A stretch of DNA of 64,000 nucleotides, from NCBI GenBank assembly GCA_024679065.1, contig JAGIQG010000001.1, forward strand, positions 162,750,001 through 162,814,000, written 5' to 3'. Source of the DNA: Sphyrna mokarran. Lineage: Eukaryota. This document shows positions 52,695 to 64,000 of this stretch, one piece after another. Position numbers and translations under genes: made by a program. The stretch's first letter is position 1. Each line of letters opens with the position of its first letter. Under the pieces are notes generated by a model that did not search any database, had not been told where the DNA came from, and worked only from the letters and a program-made list of their open reading frames with translations.

Positions 52695-55600
52695 CAATCT
52701 TCAGAGGATTTTGTAGTACCAGGAAAGAGTATACCCTGAACGTTTACGTTTACTTCTCCGTCGTGCAGTCTTGTCAACATTTCAACGTTTAGTTACTTTC
52801 AACCGCACTAACTGAATTTAGATTATGTCGTGTTGTGTTAATTTTCAACAACAGCAAACAAAACAACTTGCACTTTAAAGTAAGAAATTAGTTAATGAAT
52901 TGAATTGCGTTGGGATGAAAAAGTTTGACTAAACGAGAATACTTGCAATGTTTCATACTTCATTTGTTATTGTCACATGTATTAGTATGTAGTAAAAAGT
53001 AATATTTAACACTGGTGTAATTTCTTGCCTTGCTGCATGTTCTTTGTACCAAAAATAACCCTCAACATTAAAAGAATACCCTGTTGTACCAGTATATATT
53101 TTTTTCTCATTGGCCTGCATGGTAACTTCAAGAGGGTGTCAGTTTTTCAAACTATTGACTTAACAAACAGGGCAATGATGAACTCTGTCCACTGAATTGA
53201 TTAGTTGTGGTTTTGGAAAATGCAAGAGCTCATTTTGTGTATTGCAATTTAGATTTGTGCACAAAATTGTCACATTTATGTTGGAAATTGCTGGACTTAA
53301 GTTTTTTAGGTAAGCATGCTTCTATTTTTGTTAGCCAGCAGACAAAATACTGGTTTTTAGTTGGGTCCTAAATTACCATAAGAATTGCTAAACATAAAGA
53401 TCAAAGTTCATGTATTTGCTTTCTACTATCCTGGTTGTTGCAGGTTCAAATGATAGTTGAGCAGTCCTGGCAATCAAGCTCTATCAATTTATCTTCAGTT
53501 AATCTTCAAACATGAAGGGAACGGTTCATAGACACTATCCAGGAGGTCTATGAATGGAGCTTGTTGCTAGGATGATGCAGATCCAGTGCACACTCCACAT
53601 CCTGTTAAGAGTGGTGTCCCAAAAGCAGAAATGCCAGCAATCAGACAATCTCCTGATACCAGTACTCCAGTGCTGACAGACTGGTAAACAGCAGTATGAG
53701 AGAGAGAACCTGTACAATGAGTAGGCAGATGGCGAAAGGTTACAACTGAAAAAATGCTCATATGTTCCCAACAAAAGTCATCTAGCTAATTAGAGCAGGA
53801 AGATGTGTGGTAAAATATTCAACAGGAATATTATCAAATTTGTAGGATTGCCTTTCAGCTGAACATAAGAACTAGCAACAGGAGTAGACCCATCTGGCCT
53901 CAAGCCTGCTCTGCCATTCAATAAGGTAATGGCTGATCTTTCTGTGGACTCAGCTTCACTTGCCTGCATGCTCATCATAATCCTTAATTCCTCCTCTGTT
54001 CAAAAATGTATTTATCTGTGCCTTAAAAACATTCAATGAAGAAAAGATAAAAGTTTGCAATCGCTGATCACATCAGTATTCACGATAATGGATAGCTCTG
54101 GCAAAGTTAAATGCAAGTTCCTTTCACCAATGTTATGTTAACTTTACACTCAAAAATGTAAGTGTGCGCAAAGTTTATTGTATGTGGAGAGGCAATGCTT
54201 GTCTCATTAGAAATCCATTTGGAAAGGGTCCCTCACTGTGTAAGAAAATAGTGTTTCTTCTGCTTCTCTGTCATTCTTTTACCAATTATCTCAATCTGCC
54301 AACTGTCCTCCTGTCAGAGTAAACAATTGGCCTCTGTCTACTTTATCTAACATTTCATAATTCTGGTCACCTCTGTTGAATCTCTAACGTTCTGGGCCCA
54401 CGGAGAACAAACCTAGCTGCTTTTGTTTCTCCATGTAACTAACTTTTTCAAATACCATTTTCAAATACCATTCCAGTCAATCCTGTCTATAAACTCATCA
54501 AGGTCTTGAAGCCCTTCCAAAAGTGTGGTGTCCAGATTTGAATGTAAATTCCAGCTGATGTGTAACCAATGACAATTGTTTAGCATTACTTCCTTTTTTT
54601 GTGTTTTATGCCTCTATTTATAAAGCCTGTATTTTTTTGTACTTGTCAGGCCATCTTGAAATCGCATTTATTCACATCAGTCCTGTCTCACCAAGTGTCT
54701 ACTTAATCCACCTTCAAAGAGGTTGAAAATATGTTAACCCATCGAATCATAAGTGGATGCAATTGTTAAATCTCTAAAATAGCCTTAAGGCAGTGAGTTA
54801 ACTCCCATGAAACTAAGATGCCAGGCTACTTAAGGAGGTAACTGATACTACTGAATCTAAAAGGTATCTGTGACAGGCACACATTCATTTGGCACTAGGG
54901 CTGTAGTGAGATATCCCCTTTGAATAAAGGTGTTGTATCTCTCTGAATGTGTGAAGTAATAGAGTATTGTGGAGTTTTCTCAAACAATTAAATTGGAAGC
55001 ATTACTTCTTCAAGTCAACAGATCACAATGTGACCTAAACCACCTAACAACAGATTAGCTACCATTGCTGGTTTTCTTCAGCAATGTTATCAAAAATTCT
55101 TATTGCTATTTTTCACACCCTTGTTTCAATTTGCCATCAAAAGAGATCCATTCATCACCTATAATAAATGCAGAAGTGAGACAATTCGTAAGGGAGAGAG
55201 TCAATTGAGATTTTATAATATAAACCTTTAAGGAATTGATGAGCAAGCTTATTTTGCTTCCTGTTTTCTTGAGACAAAGATGGTGGTGTTAAAATTCTTC
55301 TGGGTGCAAATGTATTGTGTGATTTAGTAATAATACTTATATTTCAAGTTAGATAGAATTGCCTTGTTTAGCAGAGACCTGTGCTCACGTTATGATTTCA
55401 TATTCCTGGCTGGGAGGCAGTCCTAATGGAAATGAACACAAATTGTAGCACGTGTTTGTAACATTCTTCAACTGTTTTAATAAAATCTTAGTAATGCAGA
55501 ACACGTTTGAATTTTCAGTATTTACATTAAGGGTTTTGTCTGGAAACAAAATAGGAATTGCAGATTCTGTTATGGATGTTTTTGGTAACTTTTGTATGCT

Positions 55601-56239
55601 GTGTACTGCTACTGTAACTCAGATTTAGTAATCAGCCTCTTATGGGAATATGTTTTTCTACAATTGCATTGGATTTTCACAGTAGGCTCTAGTCTGCTCC
55701 CATGGCTAAAACACTGTTCAATTTAAAACTACAAGTTGGATTTATTTACGAGATTTAAATGTAGACAGAAATAAAGAAAACAGTAAGGAATGAATTGTGC
55801 AATCCTTGCGCACAATTATGCATATTTAAATTCCTTCTCTTTTAGTTAGAGTAAGTGACAATGGGTCATCAATTTAAAATCCTCAGTGGAAAGAAATTAG
55901 GAGACAGTTCTTTGGGCAGAATTGGAGGAAGGAGTAGTCTGCCAGTGGAGAAAGTAAATAACGGAGATTTCTTCAAGGGGCAAAATGGATAAAGGATGAA
56001 GCAAAGGAGAACGGAGCTTGAACGGGGTTGAGGGGGGGATTGAAGTGGCTTTGGATTACCAAGGGAAAAGTCACCGCAGACTTGACGCATCTTCTGTGCT
56101 GTAAGCTTCTATATTTCTAAGAATTTAATGTCTTTGCATAAAATCATGGTCATACAATGGTAATACACATATGGTTTCTGCCTGGCTCTCTGAAATCCTC
56201 ATCCTTTAAGGCCCATCTTGCTGCCTTGGAAGTCCCTGT

Positions 56240-56835
56240 TCAAGATTTTCTTAAGGTTAACATGCAGGTTCAGTCAGCAGTTAGGAAGGCAAATGCAATA
56301 TTAGCATTCGTGTTGAGAAGGCTAGAATACAAAAGCAGGGATGTTTCTGAGGCTTAAAAAGCTTTGGTCAGACCCCATTTGGAGCATTGGTGAGCAATTT
56401 TGGGCCCTCTATCTAAAGAAGGATGTGATGGCCTCAAAGGATCCAGTGGAGGTTCACAAGAATGATCCCTGGAATGAAGAGCTTGTCATATGGGGAATGG
56501 TTGAGGACCCTGGGTCTGTGCTTGGAGTTTAGAAGGATGAGTGGGGGAATCTTGTTGAAACTTACAGGATACTGGGAAGCTTGGATAGAGTGGACGTGGA
56601 AAGGACATTTAAAAACCAGAACCAAAGGGCACAACTTCAGGTTAAAGGGACGATCCCTTAAAATAGAGATGAGGAATTTCTTCAGCCTGAGAATGGTGAA
56701 TCTGTGGAGCCAGGTCATTGAGTATCTTGACAGAGGGGAAAAGGCAAGAGGATGGGGATTCAGTCAGCAATGATTGAATGGCAGAGCAGACTCAATGGGC
56801 CGAGTAACCTAATTCTGCTACTGTCTCATGATCTT
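56240..56835 (+). mobile_element. CR1 3' fragment
   Basis: ORFs 56157..56357 and 56462..56773 (AVRKANAILAF, RNFFSLRMVNLW); tail. Confidence 0.8.
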
Positions 56836-57363
56836 AATCCATCCTTTCATATTTGATAGTTTATGTACCTGAATCCTTAATTTTCCTTTATCACTGATGT
56901 TTCGCATATTGTGTTGCATGCCCTCCCCTTACTCTTTGCAAACGTATCTCCTTACTGTTCTTTATATTAAACTTGATCTGATGTTTTGACATCAATGTGC
57001 TCTCATGGTTTAGAACTCTGGCCATTTTTCTCCAGCAATGAATTGAAGATGATTTTTAATCAGTCTTTAACTGAAAGGGGATAGCTTCCCCTGAGCCCCA
57101 TGGTCAGTTGGCCATCCACAGGCAGACAGGACTGATTGTATGTAGTGACATCACTACTCGAGACACAAGCAATTAAAAAAAACTGAAAATTATTTGAAAC
57201 ATTTGATTTTAAAGTAACTTCTTCTGAAATGTTCTGTTGCAGCAATAAAATACACCAGGCAAATATTTTTATATTTTTAAAATTTGGCCATGGAATGTGA
57301 GCATTACTAAATTGTCCTTGTGTTACACTCAGATTTTACAACATTACCCAATTGATCAAGTTG

Positions 57364-59314
57364 AATATCCATACCGAGGGAGGAAGTGTTAGAGCTTCTA
57401 GGTAGCATTAAAACTGATAAATCTCCAGGGCCTGATGGCATTTATCCCAGGTTGCTTAGGGAGGTGTGAGGCGAAATTGCTGGACCTCTGACGCAAATCT
57501 TTGTCTCTTCTTTGGACACAGTTGAGGTCCCAGAGGACTGGAGAATAGCTAATGTTGTACCATTGCTTAAAAAAGGTAGTAGGGATAACCCTGGAAATTA
57601 TAGGCTGGTGAGTTTGACGTCAGTGGTAGGGAAGCTGTTGGAGGGGATTCTTAGAGATAGGACGTAAAGGCACTTAGAGAGTTGTGATCTGATTAGGGAT
57701 ATGCAGCATAGCTTTGTCAAGGGGAGGTCGTGCCTTACAAATGTGGTAGAATTTTTTGAGGAGGTGACGGAAATGGTCGACAAGGGGTGAGCCGTTGATG
57801 TCGTCTATATGGATTTCAGTAAGGCATTTGACAAAGTCCCTCATGGGAGGTTAGTTGAGAAGGTTAAGGCTCATGGGATACAAGGACAGGTAGAGGGTGT
57901 TTTTCTAGCTGGAGGTCGGCAGATGATACAAAGATGGCTGGACTTGCGGATAGTGAGGAGCGTTGTCAGGCAATGCAGCAGGACATAGGCTGGTAGCTTG
58001 GGCAGATAGATGGCAGATGGAATTCAATCCTGATAAATGTGAGGTGATGCATCTCGGGAGAAAGAGAATGTAGGGGAGAGGTATGTGATAAAGGGTAGAC
58101 CTATTTAGAGTATAGAAATACAGAGGGACCTGGGGGTGCAGGTGCACAAGTCTCTGAAGGTGGCAGAGCAAGTGGAGAAGGCTGTGAAGAAAGCAAATGG
58201 TATGCTAGTCGTTATAGGAAGGGGTATAGAATACATCAGCTGGCCTTTAATGTTGCAATTGTATAAAACGTTCTTTAGACGTCATTTGGAATACTGCGTC
58301 CAGTTCTGGTCGCCTTACTACCGGAAGGACTTGGAGACTCTGGAGAGAGTGCAGAAGAGGTTTACCAGGATGCTGCCTGGTATGGAAAGTCTGAGTTACG
58401 AGGAGAGGTTAGGCAAATTGGAACTGTTTTCCTTAGAAAGAAGTGGACTTAGAGGAGATCTAATAGAGGTGTACAAGATTGATGGGTATAGATAGAGTAA
58501 ACAGGGTTAAGCTTTTTCCTAGGATGGACTCAAATAGCATGAGGGGTCATGGGCTTAGGGTGTGGGGGGGTTAAGGTATAATTTGGATGCTAGAGGGAGT
58601 TTTTTCACAGAGGGTAATACTGGGTACTAGGACCTCTTCTATTTGTAATATATATATATATATATGGTAGGTGTATGGAATGCGCTGCCAAGTAAAGTGG
58701 TGGAGGTAGGCACTCTGGAGTTATTGAAGAAATATTTAGATGGGCATATGAACAGAATGGGAATGGAGGGGTATAGAAAACTGATTTAAAATAGGGATCA
58801 TGAGCCTTGGGAGTCCCTGGGAAGAGTGTAAATAGGTGATGATATTGATGTACTTGTTTTTATCCTACAGGTGCTTTGGTCCACCTTGTTGCCTAACAAG
58901 GGGCATACACGTGATGGGTTGTGAGGGGGCTGCTCTTGGATTTTTTTTTTTGAGAATATCCTAGTGCTTCACGTCGTTAGTGTATGCTTGACCTGGACCA
59001 TTTGGGCAACACGACAGCTCAGTGACTATCACTGTGCTGTGCAGATACATGGATTTGGGCCTGTCTGTGGGAGTTTGCACATTCTCCCTGTGTTTGCGTG
59101 GCTTTTCTCCAGGTGCTCCGGTTTCCTCCCACATCCAAAGACGTGCTCTTAGGCTAATTGGCAAAACAAGTTCTCCCTAAATTGTCTCAAATTTGGTTTT
59201 TAATCCATAGATCTATAAACATACAGGGATTGTGGGTAGGGGTGGGAACATCGAGGTGGCGGTGCGGGCTCATTGGGCCGAATGGCCTGTTTCCCGTGCT
59301 GTTTTGTTCTTTGT
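57364..59314 (+). mobile_element. Young CR1-clade LINE, copy E (5'-truncated, internal deletions)
   Basis: Reverse complement of the copy A/B sequence; ORF 58136..58495; ORF2 stop at 58787-58789; tail gtgctgttttgttctttgt. Confidence 0.93.
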
Positions 59315-59799
59315 ACTTTTAATATGAAGAAAAGGAGAGAAGTTCCAATGTTTTAACGCCTTTCTTGACCACATGTTAAAAATCTGAAAGTGTGCCAAAA
59401 ATGCACCATAATTCCCTTAACATTGGAAAATTAGGACTCTGGCAAAGTCAAAATAATTGACAGAGTAAAAGTTTTGCGAAGAAAGTACTTTCACTCTGGA
59501 TGGTTAGAGTCTGGAATGATCTTCCTGAGAGAGTGATTCGGAAATTTTAATTGAGATATTTAAAACAATTGGATTGCTACCTGGAAATAAATGTGCAAGG
59601 TTACAAATGTGAAAGGGAAAGATGACTTAGTCGAATGATCTTGCAGAGAGGCAGTGCAGAGTCAATGGGCTGAATGGCCTCTTTCTGCACTAAGATTCTG
59701 TGACTCAGAACCTTGCAATGTAAAACATTAACTTGCTTTTTCACTTCAACACTTGAAAAAAATCGCCGTGATTAGGGAGAATCAACATTTTTATGCAAG

Positions 59800-60860
59800 A
59801 AATATTATGCTTGATCAATCTATAAGGATTTTTGAGTATTCATGTGGATAAGTGGATCTTCATGAATCTAGTGTGCTTGGATTTTCAGAAGACATTCGAT
59901 AAGATGCAACACATTAGATTTAAGGTTTATTAAATTGGGCATAAAACATTAGTATGGATTGATTAATGGACAAAAGAGAGTTCAGTAGTGTAATTAGCAA
60001 AATGCTACAGGGTCAATGTTTGAATCTGAGCAATTTACAATCTGTGTCAGACTTTTACAGTATAGCCATATTACTGATAATATAAAGCTGGTTGGCTAAG
60101 TAAACCGAGGAGAATATAAAGAAGCTGCAAAGAGATATAAGTTAGCAAAGTGTTTGGGCAAAATAGTTGTAGATGGAAAATATTATTCGTAAATGTTGTT
60201 CAGATGAACTTGGGAGCCTTTGTCCACAAATTACCGAACGTTATCATACAGTTGCAGTTAGGAAAGTAAATGGTTATGTTCACTTTATTGCAAGAGGATT
60301 GGAATATAGAAGTAAAAGGTCTTATAATTATATAAGGCTTTGGTGAGACCACATTGGAATACTGTATACAATTCTGATCTCTGTGCCAAAAGAAGAATAT
60401 ACTTGTCTTACAGGAGATATTTGAAAGTTCACTAGATTAATTCTTGGGATAGGAGGACAGTCTGAAAAATTGAGTGGAGTGGACTGGTATTTTCTGGGGA
60501 TTAGAAGAATGAGAAGTACTAAAATTCCTAAAGGACTTGACAGGCAGATGCTGAGATGCTATTTCCTGTGGCTGAATATTGTAGCACTAGGAGTCACAGA
60601 CTACGAATAAGGGGTCAACTATTTAGTACAGCGATGAGAAGAAATTTCTTCACAAATTTTTAGAAATCCCAATCAGAGCTTGAGCATACTCGATAATGAA
60701 GCTTACTCAGGACTAAAATTGATGGATTTTGGGCACAAGGGGAATTGGGCTACGCAGAAACTGTAGGAAAGTGAAACTGATGTGGAAGCTCTTATGAATT
60801 TATTGAATGGTGGAGCAAGTCCAAGGGGCTGTATGGCCTAACTCTGCTCCTGTTTTTTAC
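59800..60860 (+). mobile_element. Old decayed CR1 RT/3' fragment
   Basis: ttggattttcagaagacattcgataag (DFQKxFDK) and ttggtgagaccacattggaatactgt; tail. Confidence 0.75.
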
Positions 60861-61097
60861 GTTGATAAATTATAACACTATGCACGGAACTATTTTGTTG
60901 CTGGTGATGAAACATAAATTAATCATAGAATTAAGAATAAACTTCATAGGTTTAAAAATTGAGCTCTCTCTCCCAGCTAAGTAAGTTGCAATTGTTGTCC
61001 CTTCAGCTGTAAATTTAAATGCAGTGATCACAAAGTGTTTCTTATCCTGGTATCTGTTGAAACATCTGTTTTCTTCCATAGGCATCTGTCTTCTGGA

Positions 61098-61234
61098 ATG
61101 GAACAACACCCAGATCAATTACTTGGAACAAGAATTGATGAATCTTCACTAATTGAAGGAGTAAGCAACCAAGTACTTCTGACATTAGTTATCACCATTA
61201 CAATGTTGGGTGGTTTGGCAACATTCTTGTATAG
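61098..61234 (+). CDS. RNF170: RNF170 (ER membrane RING E3 ligase) first coding exon: MEQHPDQLLGTRIDESSLIEGVSNQVLLTLVITITMLGGLATFLYR
   Basis: Acceptor ttttcttccatag ending at 61081, ATG at 61098, donor AG|gtgaga; IEGVSNQVL plus a transmembrane helix resembles the RNF170 N-terminus (IEGVSDQVL); head-to-head with HOOK3, as in mammals. Confidence 0.88.
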
Positions 61235-63296
61235 GTGAGATAATACACTTCCAAAGCAATTTAATTTTAGAGTTTGTTGGACGTAGTTTTATTCAATTTT
61301 TAAACTGCTGCCTATTTTTACCACATTTTACAAACATTAAGGCATAATTGCAGTCTAATAATTTGTAAAGCAAAGTCACCAGTTGACCCAGATTGTACAA
61401 TTGAACTTAAGCTTACATATACACTTTCCTTTATAGATATGATTTTGTCTTAATACTGCAGCTCCTGACTTTGCCCAGCAATCTTGGCTCCGTCCCTTAT
61501 TTGGACCCCTCGCTTCTCTTCACCCCAACTCCTGAGCCCCTCCAATATCAGAAACAGCCGTCCATGGAGGAGAAAATCCTATCCAAGTGCCGTTCCTGAC
61601 ATTGGCAGGATTAGGATGCCAAGGGTGGGGTGGAAGGAAGCTGCAATTTTTAAAAAATTTACTCATGGGATGTGGGCATCGCTGGCTGAGCCAACACTTA
61701 TTAGCCATCCCTGAGGGCAGTTGAGACAACCACATTGCTAAGGATCTGGAGTCACATGTAGGTCAGACTAAATACGGACAACTGATTTCCTTTCCTAAAG
61801 GACGTTAGTGAACCAGATGGATTTTTATGACAAATCGACAATGGTTTCACAGTCATCAACAGATTTTTTTGATTCCAGGTTTACACAGCTATGTTGTCAC
61901 ATCAGGTTTCAAAGAATCAAAAAAAAACCTGCTTGACTGCCATTGAGCTGGCCTTACAGGGTGTGTCTTCAGCTGGTGATGTTAAATTCATTGGTAATGC
62001 ACCAGGGCCTTTCCACGTTGGGGCTGTGCTGCGGTTCTGTGATTAAGCTGCCACTGCAGCCTGGGATCGTACTACTTCACACAGTGAGGCAGCAAATACC
62101 ATTGCTTTATTGGTGACAGTAACATCTAAACTATTGATTTTAAACTATGCAAATAATGTGAGAGAATGTTGTGAAATTTGAGGTGGAAACGTGAATGGAG
62201 TGTAAGCTGTTGCCAAGTATTAAGTCTAAGTGGTGATGATGGGAAGTAGTTGAATAAATGGATAGTGGGAAACTTCTAATTTCTTAAGCTGGAGGAAATG
62301 ATTTTATGTTGATGTGTATAAATATTTATATTAGAATTGGCAGCCTTTTGGGTACTGTGTGCCATATCTACAGAAGTAAACTTTTATGCATTTATGCTAT
62401 TTTATCACATTTGCAATGATGGTGGAATTTTGAGGAGGCTTTTGTGACTTCAACATAACATACAGCTAAGATTTTATTAAAATATTGGCAGAAGGAATGC
62501 TAGACAAAATAAATTTATTTTTAATGAAGATGTGGAGCCAAGGGGAACTTTTGTTATTCAGATATTGGCAATAGAAGCGGTGCAGTAGGATTAGATAGAA
62601 GATCAGCACAGTGATTTTTTTTTGAAAAGATAAATTGGAGCTTGAGTGAGTAGGGTAAAGTGAGCAGAAATACAAAAAGATATGTATCTACAATAAAAAT
62701 CAAGGGAATAATAACGTAGCTATAGTTCATGAATCCAAATCCTACCATAGCATGTTATGAGATAAAATTCCACAAACTTTGTCATTTGTGGAGCGGGCAA
62801 GTGAGTAATGAATCTGAAAGATGATGAATTGTCATAAAAATTCAACTGAGTCACTCAGCTTCTCTGTTACCCTTAGCTGGTCTGGTCTACTTTGACTCCA
62901 GTTGGCAACTCTTAAAACAATAAGAATAAATGTAATCCTGTCAGCTTTTCCCGTCTAACAAGAACAACAGTGTTTTCTTTAGCAAAGTGATCACTGAAAC
63001 AATTATTCAGAATAGGGTCTGTGCTATATCAAGCACAACTAAAATCAATATGATTAAAATAGTATTTGCAATGTAAAGAGAAATAATGGGCGTGAAATCA
63101 AATTAGCAGTGGCAGGATGAAGCAAATCAGACATATTACACATAGAAATAAATTTATAGCTCACAGTGACCAACCAACGTAACTAATCTATGCAGCTGAC
63201 TACCACCTATGTAAGCAGATAATCCTAATCATATTTACTTTCCCTGAGCCCTTTAATTCTTTTCTTTCATCCATCTATATATATAATCAAATCTTG

Positions 63297-63810
63297 AATG
63301 AATTTTACCAGGCTGATACTGGAGATGAGGGGGTTAGCTTATGAGGAGATATTAAATAGACCCGGCCTGTACTCGGAGTTTAGAAGGCTGAGGGGGGATC
63401 TTATAGAGACTTACAAGATAATGAAGGGGCTAATTAGGGTAGAGGTAGAGAGATTCTTTCTGCTTAGAAGGAAACCACACCTAGAGGGCACAGCCTCAAA
63501 AAATAAAGGTTGGGGGGGCGAGTGGGTGGAGGGGGGTTGCGGGGGGAGCGGTGGTCGACAGTTTAGAACAGATTTGAGGAGGAACTTCACCCAAAGGATG
63601 GTGAATCTCTGGAATTCTCTGCCCATTGAAGTGGTGGAGGCTACCTTGTTGATTATATTTAAGTCACAAGTAGATAGTTCTGGTAGACAAGGGAATTAAG
63701 GATTATGGGGAAAGTGGAACTGATCCACTTCAGATCAACCATGATCTTATTGAATGACGGGGCGGGCTAGATGACCTACTTCTGCTCCTATTTCTTATGT
63801 TCTTATGTTA
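63297..63810 (+). mobile_element. CR1 3' fragment
   Basis: ORF 63298..63699 RRLRGDLIETYKIM...RMVNLWNSLP; tail (ttcttatg)n. Confidence 0.85.
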
Positions 63811-64000
63811 GCATAATTTCTGTTTAACCACTGACCTTGGCTGCTCTCTAGAAAGAGGTTTCTCTTGTCTCTGTTCCAAAGCGCGCTCATTTGATGTTTT
63901 GCTAGTAGTCCCTTCCTTTTGATCACTTATCCATAGGAAAGTGTCTGCTTTTGGGCACCTTGCCCTATATTTACATAATCTTCACCTGACGAAGAAGCAG

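Noticed and set aside
53420-53520. Acceptor-like tcctggttgttgcag at ~53443 as an additional RNF170 5' UTR exon
   Set aside because: No convincing paired donor or other support from sequence alone.
57885-57925. Small internal deletions in CR1 copies E and A as further splicing events
   Set aside because: The junctions do not reconstruct GT-AG introns; they show short microhomologies typical of DNA-level deletion.

Overview
Eukaryotic, repeat-rich vertebrate DNA. The repeat content (CR1 LINEs, HE1/V-SINE-like and Deu-domain SINEs, Penelope-derived palindromes) suggests a cartilaginous fish, probably a shark; this is an inference. The minus strand carries coding exons 1-11 of HOOK3 (51407 down to 986; 1110 nt, 370 aa; all GT-AG and phase-consistent), and the gene continues beyond the left edge. 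A CpG island at ~51.1-52.25 kb is the divergent promoter shared with RNF170, whose first coding exon is on the plus strand at 61098-61234. Most ORFs in the track are chance ORFs or transposon fragments. The most interesting observations: (1) a young CR1 family in five copies whose ~525-nt 3' UTR holds a multi-stem RNA structure plus a head-less V-SINE body; (2) one near-full-length copy whose large RT deletion has GT...AG borders, as if spliced; (3) two copies sharing inactivating lesions; (4) a candidate extra 63-nt (three-heptad) HOOK3 cassette exon; (5) a promoter built from a 41-bp minisatellite of NRF1-like and CCAAT motifs; (6) minimal hammerhead ribozyme motifs in palindromic Penelope-derived elements. 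Exon coordinates were read to the base; repeat boundaries are approximate. Gene identities rest on recalled vertebrate protein sequences, not on a database search.
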